Positions 1 through 6,233 of a stretch of 11,055 nt of DNA are shown here, in pieces. Positions within the stretch are counted from its first letter, which is position 1. Every line of letters begins with the position of its first letter. The position numbers and the translations under genes were made by a program. The DNA comes from a virus, in UHGV virus genome UHGV-0100061; one strand, written 5' to 3'. The notes under the pieces were generated by a model. That model saw only the letters and a list, made by a program, of their open reading frames with translations. It was not told where the DNA came from and did no database searches.

Positions 1-133
1 GTTCATCTATCGAATCGCCACACTCACAAGAATGAGTGGCAGATATAGCCTGGTGGTTCAGACGACGCATTTTTATTGCTGTATTGCGCTGTAATTCTTC
101 GATTTCTGATGCTGAATCAATGATGTCTGCCAT
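1..133 (-). CDS. DksA/TraR-family-like small protein, N-terminal 44 codons (ORF runs off the window start)
   Basis: Manual minus-strand translation from ATG at 133..131 gives MADIIDSASEIEELQRNTAIKMRRLNHQAISATHSCECGDSIDE. The CxCG-x2-I-x-E stretch resembles the first zinc-finger knuckle of TraR/DksA proteins. In-frame TAA lies 3 codons upstream of the ATG. SD is weak and too close (GGAAG adjacent to ATG). Family assignment is from memory. Confidence 0.4.
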   Translation of the reverse strand, partial: MADIIDSASEIEELQRNTAIKMRRLNHQAISATHSCECGDSIDE

Positions 134-182
134 CTTCCATTAATCTCTGAATTGTTGGTTAATACGCTTGAGGGTGAATGCG

Positions 183-209
183 AATAATAAAAAAGGAGCC
201 TGTAGCTCC
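183..209 (-). terminator. Rho-independent terminator downstream of the DGQHR gene
   Basis: Plus strand 195..209 is ggagc-ctgta-gctcc (5-bp GC-rich stem, 5-nt loop), preceded on the plus strand by an A-rich run (184..194). On the minus strand this reads hairpin followed by TTTTTTATTATT. Confidence 0.5.
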
Positions 210-286
210 ATGAAGATTTTGTTTTTCATGCTCACCGTTCCTTAAAGACGCCGTACAGCATGCTGATATGAGACAATGTTGATTCA

Positions 287-1351
287 TTAAGTTGATTCCA
301 GACTTCCTTTGGTAAAAGCTTGTATCAGTCTGTTTGCTGCTGCTTTCTGCGCTGCCACATTGGCAATAACAGATAGTTTTTCCTGGCTGGCTTTCGTGCA
401 GATCCCCGCCCAGTTATCCATCAGAAAAAAATCCTCTCTTTCTGCAGAGCTGGTAGTTGCACATAGTTTTTCGATCATAGAAGTTATTTCTGCGATGGAA
501 TGATTAACCATCATCTGTTGAACCGCAAAACCGAAAGCGTTAATCATTACTCCATGGAACTGAATATAATCGCGCTTGTACGTAGCGTGGTGTACACCAT
601 GTCGGATTGAGTCAATCTGAGTTAGTGTAATCCATGCCTCCCAGACAGATTCTATATATCCCATTTCAAGTTGTTGATTGCCGTTCCTGGCGAACTTTGA
701 CGTTGCATCAGTGAGTGCCTTGAAACTCACCCACATATTACTTTTTAATGGCACTACGTTGTGTTCAAAATCGGTTATATCGGCAAATACAGTATGTTGG
801 GTCAGGAAGGATATCATTCCCTGAGCAATATCATCCCGGCCGTTATACGCCATATTGATGGTCGCTGATGGCTTAGAAACGTTGTTATTTATGTCCGAAA
901 AGAACTGCTGCCGGGTTTTTAGCGGCAGATTCATTGTAAGCATCATGGGAACCATGAGCGTTGATGGGGAACTTCGGCAAAATATCTCAATGCCAGCTGC
1001 ACGATGTTGACCATCAAAAAGTTTTATTTCGGCGTCGAGGGGAATTCTGGCTATACCAACATTTGTGTTGCCAAACGGTACAAATTCTATATTCGAATCA
1101 CAGTTACCTACGAGAGGGGGAATGATAAAAGGCTCATTTCTTGAGTCTGCGTTAGTGAGATAATTTAAAAATTTTCGTACTCGATTTGGATTAATTTCTC
1201 GCTGAGAGCGTTCCAGTGTATGGCCGTAATTATCTGAAGCGAGGAAACGAGCCAGCGATCTTCCTGGTATGGTAAGGAAGAGTGTAACAGTACCACCCTG
1301 TACACCTTGCGATGCCGGAAATTCGAATGAATGATTACCAACCTGACTCAT
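287..1351 (-). CDS. DGQHR-domain protein, DndB-like (ParB/sulfiredoxin-like superfamily); stand-alone cargo gene
   Basis: 354-aa ORF. N-terminal FEFPASQGVQGGTVTLFLTIPGRSLARFL and downstream LERSQREINPNRV...KLFDGQHRAAGI match the hallmark DndB/DGQHR signature (FPA..G.QGG...Y, QR, DGQHR). Strong SD (AGGAGG, plus 1356..1361 complement) 4 nt before ATG at 1351..1349. Start overlaps the upstream ORF stop as ATGA. Confidence 0.85.
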   Translation of the reverse strand: MSQVGNHSFEFPASQGVQGGTVTLFLTIPGRSLARFLASDNYGHTLERSQREINPNRVRKFLNYLTNADSRNEPFIIPPLVGNCDSNIEFVPFGNTNVGIARIPLDAEIKLFDGQHRAAGIEIFCRSSPSTLMVPMMLTMNLPLKTRQQFFSDINNNVSKPSATINMAYNGRDDIAQGMISFLTQHTVFADITDFEHNVVPLKSNMWVSFKALTDATSKFARNGNQQLEMGYIESVWEAWITLTQIDSIRHGVHHATYKRDYIQFHGVMINAFGFAVQQMMVNHSIAEITSMIEKLCATTSSAEREDFFLMDNWAGICTKASQEKLSVIANVAAQKAAANRLIQAFTKGSLEST

Positions 1352-1506
1352 ATATCCTCCTGTTTATTATTTATCTTCTCAGCCAGCCCCTGTGCTTTCA
1401 GTGGATTTCTGATAACAGAAAGACCGGGAAATACCCAGCCTCGCTTTGTAATGGAGTAGACGAAAGTGATCGCGCCTACCCGGATATTATCGTGAGGATG
1501 CGTCAT
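1348..1506 (-). CDS. Small orf60a-like protein (52 aa), translationally coupled between exo and the DGQHR gene
   Basis: Manual translation: [55 protein letters not shown] 1506..1504 overlaps the exo stop (ATGA); stop 1350..1348 overlaps the DGQHR start (ATGA). N-terminal part resembles lambda orf60a as recalled. Absent from the supplied ORF track (below its length cutoff). Confidence 0.5.
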   Translation of the reverse strand: MTHPHDNIRVGAITFVYSITKRGWVFPGLSVIRNPLKAQGLAEKINNKQEDI

Positions 1507-2183
1507 CGCCATTGCTCCCCAAATACAAAACCAATTTCAGCCAGTGCCTCGTCCATTTTTTCGATGAACTCCGGCACCATCTCGTCAAAACTCGCCATGT
1601 ACTTTTCATCCCGCTCAACCACGACATAATGCAGTCCTTCACGCTTCATACGCGGGTCATAGTTGGCAAAGTACCAGGCATCTTTTCGTGTCACCCACAT
1701 GCTGTACTGCACCTGGGCCATGTAAGCCGACTTTATGGCCTCGAAACCACCGAGCCGGAACTTCATGAAATCCCGGGAGGTAAACGGGCATTTCAGCTCA
1801 AGGCCATTGCCGTCACTGCATAAACCATCGGGAGAGCAGGCGGTGCGCATACTTTCGTCGCGATAGATGATCGGGGATTCGGTAACATTCACGCCGGAAG
1901 TGAATTCAAACAGAGTTCTGGCGTCGTTCTCGTACTGTTTTCCCCAGGCCAGCGCCTTAGCATTAACTTCCGGAGCCACACCGGTGCAAACCTCAGCCAG
2001 CAGGGTGTGGAAGTAGGACATTTTCATGTCAGGCCACTTCTTTCCTGAGCGGGGCTTTGCTATCACGTTGTGAACTTCTGAAGCGGTGATGACGCCGAGC
2101 CGTAATTTGTGCCATGTATCATCCCCCTGTTCGACAGCTCTCACGTCGATCCCGGTACGCTGCACGATAATGTCCGGTGTCAT
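1503..2183 (-). CDS. exo: Lambda-type exonuclease (Red alpha)
   Basis: 226-aa [25 protein letters not shown]...GFVFGEQWR, recognised as lambda Exo over its full length. Start overlaps the bet stop (ATGA at 2180..2183). Confidence 0.95.
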   Translation of the reverse strand: MTPDIIVQRTGIDVRAVEQGDDTWHKLRLGVITASEVHNVIAKPRSGKKWPDMKMSYFHTLLAEVCTGVAPEVNAKALAWGKQYENDARTLFEFTSGVNVTESPIIYRDESMRTACSPDGLCSDGNGLELKCPFTSRDFMKFRLGGFEAIKSAYMAQVQYSMWVTRKDAWYFANYDPRMKREGLHYVVVERDEKYMASFDEMVPEFIEKMDEALAEIGFVFGEQWR

Positions 2184-2965
2184 GCTGCCACCTTCTGCTC
2201 AGTGGCTTTCTGTTTCAGGAATCCAAGAGCTTTCACTGCTTCGGCCTGTGTCAGTTCTGACGATGCGCGAATGTCGCGGCGAAATATCTGGGAACAGAGC
2301 GGCAATAAGTCGTCATCCCATGTTTTATCCAGGGCGATCAGCAGAGTGTTAATCTCTTGCATGGTTTCATCGTTAACCGGAGTGATGTCGCGTTCTGGCT
2401 GACGTTCTGCAGTGTATGCGGTATTTTCGACAATGCGCTCGGCTTCATCCTTGTCATAGATACCAGCAAATCCGAAGGCGAGACGGGCACACTGAATCAT
2501 GGCTTTATGCCGTAACATCCGTTTGGGATGCGACTGCCACGGCCCCGTGATTTCTCTGCCTTCGCGGGTTTTGAATGGTTCGCGGCGGCATTCATCCATC
2601 CACTCGGTAACGCAGATCGGATGATTGCGGTCCTTGCGGTAAATCCGGCATGTGCAGGATTCATTGTCCTGCTCAAAGTCCATACCATCAAACTGCTGGT
2701 TTTCATTGATGATGCGGGACCAGCCATCAACGCCCACCACCGGAACGATGCCGTTCTGCTTGTCAGGGAAGGCGTAAATTTCTTTCGTCCACGGATTAAG
2801 GCCGTACTGGTTGGCGACGATCAACAATGCGATGAACTGCGCATCGCTGGCATCACCTTTAAATGCCGTCTGGCGAAGAGTGGTGATCAGTTCCTGTGGG
2901 TCGACAGAATCCATGCCGACACGTTCAGCCAGCTTCCCTGCCAGCGTTGCGAGTGCTGTACTCAT
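2180..2965 (-). CDS. bet: Lambda-type single-strand annealing protein Bet (Red beta)
   Basis: 261-aa [23 protein letters not shown]...KATEQKVAA, recognised as lambda Bet. Sits directly upstream of exo in the same operon. Confidence 0.95.
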   Translation of the reverse strand: MSTALATLAGKLAERVGMDSVDPQELITTLRQTAFKGDASDAQFIALLIVANQYGLNPWTKEIYAFPDKQNGIVPVVGVDGWSRIINENQQFDGMDFEQDNESCTCRIYRKDRNHPICVTEWMDECRREPFKTREGREITGPWQSHPKRMLRHKAMIQCARLAFGFAGIYDKDEAERIVENTAYTAERQPERDITPVNDETMQEINTLLIALDKTWDDDLLPLCSQIFRRDIRASSELTQAEAVKALGFLKQKATEQKVAA

Positions 2966-2970
2966 CCGTT

Positions 2971-3387
2971 TTATACCTCTGAATCAATATCAACCTGGTG
3001 GCGGGCAATAGTTTCAACCATGTACCGGATGTGTTCTGCCATGCGCTCCTGAAACTCAACATCGTCATCAAACGCACGGGTAATGGCTTTTTTGCTGGCC
3101 CCGTGGCGTTGCAAATGATCGATGCATAGCGATTCAAACAGGTGCTGGGGCAGGCCTTTTTCCATGTCGTCTGCCAGTTCTGCCTCTTTCTCTTCACGGG
3201 CGATCTGCTGGTAGTGACGCGCCCAGCTCTGAGCCTCAAGACGATCCTGAATGTAATAAGCGTTCATGGCTGAACTCCTGAAATAGCTGTGAAAATATCG
3301 TCCGCGAAATGCCGGGCTGATTAGGAAAACAGGGAAGGGGGGTAGTGAATGCTTTTGCTTGATCTCAGTTTCAGTATTAATATCCAT
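2971..3387 (-). CDS. gam: Gam, RecBCD inhibitor (long form; short form likely starts at 3267)
   Basis: 138-aa ORF with the lambda Gam sequence. Internal ATG at 3267..3265 ([13 protein letters not shown]...) has a strong SD (CAGGAG) about 7 nt upstream, whereas the 3387 start has none. Confidence 0.9.
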   Translation of the reverse strand: MDINTETEIKQKHSLPPFPVFLISPAFRGRYFHSYFRSSAMNAYYIQDRLEAQSWARHYQQIAREEKEAELADDMEKGLPQHLFESLCIDHLQRHGASKKAITRAFDDDVEFQERMAEHIRYMVETIARHQVDIDSEV

Positions 3388-3485
3388 TTTTTATAAGCGT
3401 CGACGGCCTCACGAAACATCTTTTCATCGCCAATAAAAGTGGCGATAGTGAATTTAGTCTGGATAGCCATAAGTGTTTGATCCAT
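3321..3485 (-). CDS. kil: Kil host-killing (FtsZ-inhibiting) protein
   Basis: [43 protein letters not shown]... with AGGAG SD 9 nt upstream. Overlaps the cIII 3' end and the long gam 5' end as in lambda. Exact start (3485 vs the internal Met at 3470) is uncertain. Confidence 0.7.
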   Translation of the reverse strand: MDQTLMAIQTKFTIATFIGDEKMFREAVDAYKKWILILKLRSSKSIHYPPSLFS

Positions 3486-3618
3486 TTTTTGGGACTCCTG
3501 GCTGATTAAGTATGTCGATAAGGCGTTTCCATCCGTCACGTAATTTACGGGTGATTCGTTCAAGTAAAGATTCGGAAGGGCAGCCAGCAACAGGCCACCC
3601 TGCAATGGCATATTGCAT
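3454..3618 (-). CDS. cIII: cIII, inhibitor of FtsH-mediated cII degradation
   Basis: Manual translation from ATG 3618..3616: [54 protein letters not shown] (54 aa), stop at 3456..3454. SD AAGGAG upstream. In a different frame from the 96-aa track ORF 3321..3611. Confidence 0.85.
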   Translation of the reverse strand: MQYAIAGWPVAGCPSESLLERITRKLRDGWKRLIDILNQPGVPKNGSNTYGYPD

Positions 3619-3640
3619 GGTGTGCTCCTTATTTATACAT

Positions 3641-3666
3641 AACGAAAAACGCCTCGAGTGAAGCGT
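3641..3666 (-). terminator. Hairpin plus T-run between ea10 and cIII (tL-like attenuator)
   Basis: Minus-strand RNA CGCUUC-ACUC-GAGGCG (6-bp stem with one G-U pair) followed by UUUUUCGUU (plus 3645..3649 is aaaaa). Confidence 0.4.
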
Positions 3667-3690
3667 TATTGGTATGCGGTAACGCCGCGC

Positions 3691-4059
3691 TCAGGCGGCT
3701 TTGATAGTCATATCATCTGGATCAAATATTCCTGATGTATCGATATCGGTAATTCTTATTCCTTCGCTACCATCCATTGGAGGCCATCCTTCCTGACCAT
3801 TTCCATCATTCCAGTCGAACTCACACACAACACCATATGCATTTAAGTCGCTTGAAATTGCTATAAGCAGAGCATGTTGCGCCAGCATGATTAATACAGC
3901 ATTTAATACAGAGCCGTGTTTATTGAGTCGGTATTCAGAGTCTGACCAGAAATTATTAATCTGGTGAAGTTTTTCCTCTGTCATTACGTCATGATCGATT
4001 TCAATTTCTATTGATGCTTTCCAGTCGTAATCAATGATGTATTTTTTGATGTTTGACAT
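3691..4059 (-). CDS. ea10: Ea10 (lambda early-left protein, ssb-like)
   Basis: 122-aa ORF MSNIKKYIIDYDWKASIEIEIDHDV...DPDDMTIKAA, recognised as lambda Ea10. Position downstream of cIII in the pL operon matches lambda. Confidence 0.8.
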   Translation of the reverse strand: MSNIKKYIIDYDWKASIEIEIDHDVMTEEKLHQINNFWSDSEYRLNKHGSVLNAVLIMLAQHALLIAISSDLNAYGVVCEFDWNDGNGQEGWPPMDGSEGIRITDIDTSGIFDPDDMTIKAA

Positions 4060-4077
4060 CTATTCATATCCTCATAG

Positions 4078-4105
4078 ATAAAAAATCGCCCTCACATTGG
4101 AGGGC
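4078..4105 (-). terminator. Rho-independent terminator upstream of ea10 (tL2-like)
   Basis: Plus 4088..4105 gccctc-acattg-gagggc (6-bp GC stem), preceded on the plus strand by gataaaaaat. Minus strand reads stem-loop followed by GATTTTTTATC. Confidence 0.55.
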
Positions 4106-4167
4106 AAAGAAGATTTCCAATAATCAGAACAAGTCGGCTCCTGTTTAGTTACGAGCGACATTGCTCA

Positions 4168-4195
4168 GTGTATTCACTCGTTGGAATGAATACAC
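4168..4195. repeat. Perfect 9-bp inverted repeat gtgtattca-N10-tgaatacac
   Basis: Seen directly: arms 4168..4176 and 4187..4195, 10-bp spacer. Lies in the non-coding gap between ea10 and sieB. Candidate protein-binding site or RNA hairpin. Confidence 0.4.
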
Positions 4196-4319
4196 AGTGC
4201 AGTGTTTATTAGTATGCCTGTCTTTTAACCACATCAGGCTCGGTGGTTCTCGTGTACCCCTACAGCGAGAAATCGGATAAACTCTATTCACCCCTACAGA
4301 GAGCAAAAGAGAAACGCCG

Positions 4320-4901
4320 ATGAACAACTCATGGTGGCAGGAACTAATGCATTTTTTCCTGCAAGGAATGACACTTAAACAGTTGATTCATATGCTAATC
4401 ATCCTAATCATATTGATTATTGTTATGCCTGTAAGCGTAAAAGAATGGATAAACCTGCATAATCCAGAAATCCTTCCTCATTACTGGATGTATTACATCC
4501 TGTTGTTTTGCGTTAGCTATGTGCTTAACGGCGTTGTTAATTCCGCTTATCACGCTGTGACTGAAAGAATTGAGATATTCGCTGCTCAGAAGCGCAAATC
4601 TAAAGAAGAGAAATACGTGCAAGATTTGTTTGATTCGTTAACTCTTGGAGAAAGAGCGTATTTGGCATTCGCTGTAGCCGCTAATAACCAGCTAAAGACA
4701 GAAAAGGGAAGCCCTGAAGCAATCTCATTGCTCGAAAAAGGGCTTCTTATTCGGGTACCTTCTGCTACTGGATATCCTGAAATCGACCGTTTTGTTATCC
4801 CGGAACGCTATAGAAATGAGTGCTACATTAGGTTTGCTGGGAAGAAAGACAGTCTTATGGATGAACTTATCGCTCAGGATAAGCATGGCAAAAACAAGTA
4901 A
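4320..4901 (+). CDS. sieB: SieB superinfection exclusion protein
   Basis: 193-aa ORF MNNSWWQELMHFFLQGMTLKQLIHMLIILIILIIVMPVSVKEWINLH..., recognised as lambda SieB, with an N-terminal transmembrane segment. Plus strand, converging on N as in lambda. Confidence 0.9.
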   Translation: MNNSWWQELMHFFLQGMTLKQLIHMLIILIILIIVMPVSVKEWINLHNPEILPHYWMYYILLFCVSYVLNGVVNSAYHAVTERIEIFAAQKRKSKEEKYVQDLFDSLTLGERAYLAFAVAANNQLKTEKGSPEAISLLEKGLLIRVPSATGYPEIDRFVIPERYRNECYIRFAGKKDSLMDELIAQDKHGKNK

Positions 4902-4917
4902 TTAGCAAATTAATTTA

Positions 4918-5190
4918 TCATCTCGCCGTCAGTTGTTTTGATTTCCGGTAGCCTGCCGCGTAAATGGCTACGTTTGGCAGGCAAATACTTCCACTGCATT
5001 CATCTGCCTTCTTGCAGCGAAGGCTTCCGAGTGATGCTGCTTTGTCTGCTCTGACGCAACCAGAGAGCTTTAGCGCAATTTTTCGCGCCAGTCGCTGTTC
5101 TTGCATTGCCTGCTCACGTTGAGCCTGTCTGCGTGCTCTGCGGCGATTTCTGGCGTTATCGTCAGCCAGATATGTAATGACTACTGCCAT
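4918..5190 (-). CDS. N: N-like transcription antitermination protein (arginine-rich motif)
   Basis: 90-aa ORF with N-terminal arginine-rich motif DNARNRRRARRQAQREQ and C-terminal AIYAAGYRKSKQLTAR resembling P22 gp24/N family. GGAGG SD 5 nt upstream of ATG 5190..5188. First gene downstream of pL/nutL. Confidence 0.8.
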   Translation of the reverse strand: MAVVITYLADDNARNRRRARRQAQREQAMQEQRLARKIALKLSGCVRADKAASLGSLRCKKADECSGSICLPNVAIYAAGYRKSKQLTAR

Positions 5191-5297
5191 GTTGACCTCC
5201 GATGATTGACTTTGGCGGTGACGCGCCGGGTGCTTATCTTCCGGTTGCCGTCGTGCAGCTGCACTTCACGTCACCCCAAAGCCAACTACTCTTTGGT

Positions 5298-5338
5298 TCC
5301 CGCATTTCGGCGGGACAATCCCATCAATGTTAAAGAGC
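5298..5338 (-). promoter_or_regulatory. nutL (boxA plus boxB)
   Basis: Minus strand reads GCTCTTTAACA (boxA; plus 5328..5338), a 12-nt spacer, then TCCCGCCGAAATGCGGGA (boxB hairpin; plus 5298..5315). The same boxA core and an identical boxB occur at nutR. Confidence 0.7.
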
Positions 5339-5384
5339 CTGCCAATCTGTTCCGTTTGGCTACCAGCGTCCTGCCGATGACTTA

Positions 5385-5460
5385 AATTTAAGATTTCTTT
5401 AACTATTGGTCAAGAGCGTTTTTGAAGAAAACTTAAATTTTGTTGCGAAGCTTAAGTTTT
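5385..5460 (-). promoter_or_regulatory. pL promoter and OL operator cluster
   Basis: Minus strand: -35 TTGACC (plus 5408..5413), 17-bp spacer, -10 TAAATT (plus 5385..5390). An operator-like 18-mer at plus 5386..5403 (atttaagatttctttaac) closely matches the OR1-like site atttaagtgttctttaat. Further TTAAG-containing half-sites at 5430..5460. Confidence 0.5.
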
Positions 5461-5481
5461 GCTTTGATTTTTAAAGGAAAG

Positions 5482-5504
5482 AAAAAAAGGGGCGAATGCC
5501 CCTT
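5482..5504 (-). terminator. Rho-independent terminator at the 3' end of c2
   Basis: Plus 5487..5504 aaggggc-gaat-gcccctt (7-bp stem), preceded on the plus strand by gaaaaaaa. Minus strand reads hairpin then TTTTTTTC. Overlaps the c2 stop codon (5503..5505). Confidence 0.5.
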
Positions 5505-6153
5505 ATGGAAGGTTTGCTATTTTTGCATCGACAACTACACCGATGATTTTGCAGTTCCCGTTGATCTCAATCATCGGATATTGTGGGTTAAGTGGTTTTA
5601 GAAACCTTCTGCCAGCATCAATAACTAACTTCTTGAAAGTTGCCTCGTTTTCTCCTTCGAGCTTTGCCACTACCAGCTTCCCATTACGAGGTTCTACTTC
5701 AGGATCGACTAGTATTATCATCCCTTCCGGGATGCTAAGACCGGCTGGAGCCGTCATCGAATCACCCTTTACGTCCAGCCAAAACGAATCTTCTGAACAA
5801 TCTACGGTTGTATCGTACCAGTTATCTATTGCACGCTTATGATATGGCTCTACAGCTTCCATCCAACATCCTGCGCTTACCCAACTAATTAGAGGATACG
5901 AACCTCTTGGATCATGCCTGCTGTGATAGGCAATGTTTGAAAGACTATCTTCTCCTTTCAACAAGTAATCAGGGGAGCACTGTAAAGCCTTGGCTAAAGC
6001 CAATAGGTTTTCGCCATTGGGCTCAGTTTCAGAACGCTCCCATTGGGAAATAGCAACATTAGACACGCCAACCATCTTGCCAAGGGCAGCCTGCCTAATC
6101 TTAAGTTCTTTTCTGCGAGCGCGAATACGCTCACCCATCAGTTGTGTATTCAT
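5503..6153 (-). CDS. c2: P22-type c2 prophage repressor (lambda cI-like, LexA-type autocleavage)
   Basis: 216-aa ORF MNTQLMGERIRARRKELKIRQAALGKMVGVSNVAISQWERSE... with HTH N-domain, Ala-Gly cleavage site (VSAGCW) and S24 peptidase Ser/Lys (GDSM ... KL). Recognised as P22 C2. No SD before the ATG (leaderless-like, as for lambda cI from PRM). Confidence 0.95.
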   Translation of the reverse strand: MNTQLMGERIRARRKELKIRQAALGKMVGVSNVAISQWERSETEPNGENLLALAKALQCSPDYLLKGEDSLSNIAYHSRHDPRGSYPLISWVSAGCWMEAVEPYHKRAIDNWYDTTVDCSEDSFWLDVKGDSMTAPAGLSIPEGMIILVDPEVEPRNGKLVVAKLEGENEATFKKLVIDAGRRFLKPLNPQYPMIEINGNCKIIGVVVDAKIANLP

Positions 6154-6219
6154 AGTTAAGACATCTTAAATAAACTTGACTTAAGATTCCTTTGATAGAT
6201 AATTTAAGTGTTCTTTAAT
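6154..6219. promoter_or_regulatory. OR operator cluster with PR (rightward) and PRM (leftward)
   Basis: Three approximately 18-bp imperfect palindromes built on TTAAG half-sites: 6154..6171 agttaagacatcttaaat, roughly 6180..6197, and 6202..6219 atttaagtgttctttaat. PR -35 TTGACT 6176..6181, 16-bp spacer, -10 GATAAT 6198..6203. cro SD GGAG at 6223..6226. Confidence 0.65.
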
Positions 6220-6233
6220 TTCGGAGCGAGTCT

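Noticed and set aside
309-2402. Plus-strand track ORFs 309..503, 1312..1629, 1512..1823, 2086..2352, 2109..2402
   Set aside because: Antisense shadows inside the confidently identified minus-strand genes (DGQHR, exo, bet). No SDs or recognisable domains.
2497-3239. Track ORFs 2497..2730(-), 2528..3052(+), 2811..3011(+), 2925..3239(-)
   Set aside because: Alternative-frame or antisense ORFs lying within bet and gam. Low-complexity, Arg/Ser-rich translations typical of off-frame reads of GC-rich coding DNA.
3321-3611. 96-aa track ORF MPLQGGLLLAALP...
   Set aside because: Composite reading frame. Its 5' part is an out-of-frame shadow of cIII (true cIII frame starts at 3618) and only its 3' 54 codons correspond to kil with its own SD. 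Annotated as kil 3321..3485 instead.
4145-4327. 60-aa minus-strand ORF in the ea10-sieB gap (position where lambda has ral)
   Set aside because: No resemblance to Ral as recalled and no SD. It overlaps the sieB start and the inverted and direct repeats. More likely regulatory DNA than a gene.
4404-4622. 72-aa minus-strand ORF inside sieB
   Set aside because: Antisense to the well-supported sieB coding sequence; no start context.
5191-5502. Search for rexA/rexB or other genes between N and the repressor
   Set aside because: Only about 310 bp of non-coding sequence lies here, fully accounted for by the N leader, nutL, pL/OL and the c2 terminator. No ORF of meaningful length.
5543-5842. 99-aa plus-strand ORF inside c2
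   Set aside because: Antisense shadow of the c2 repressor gene.
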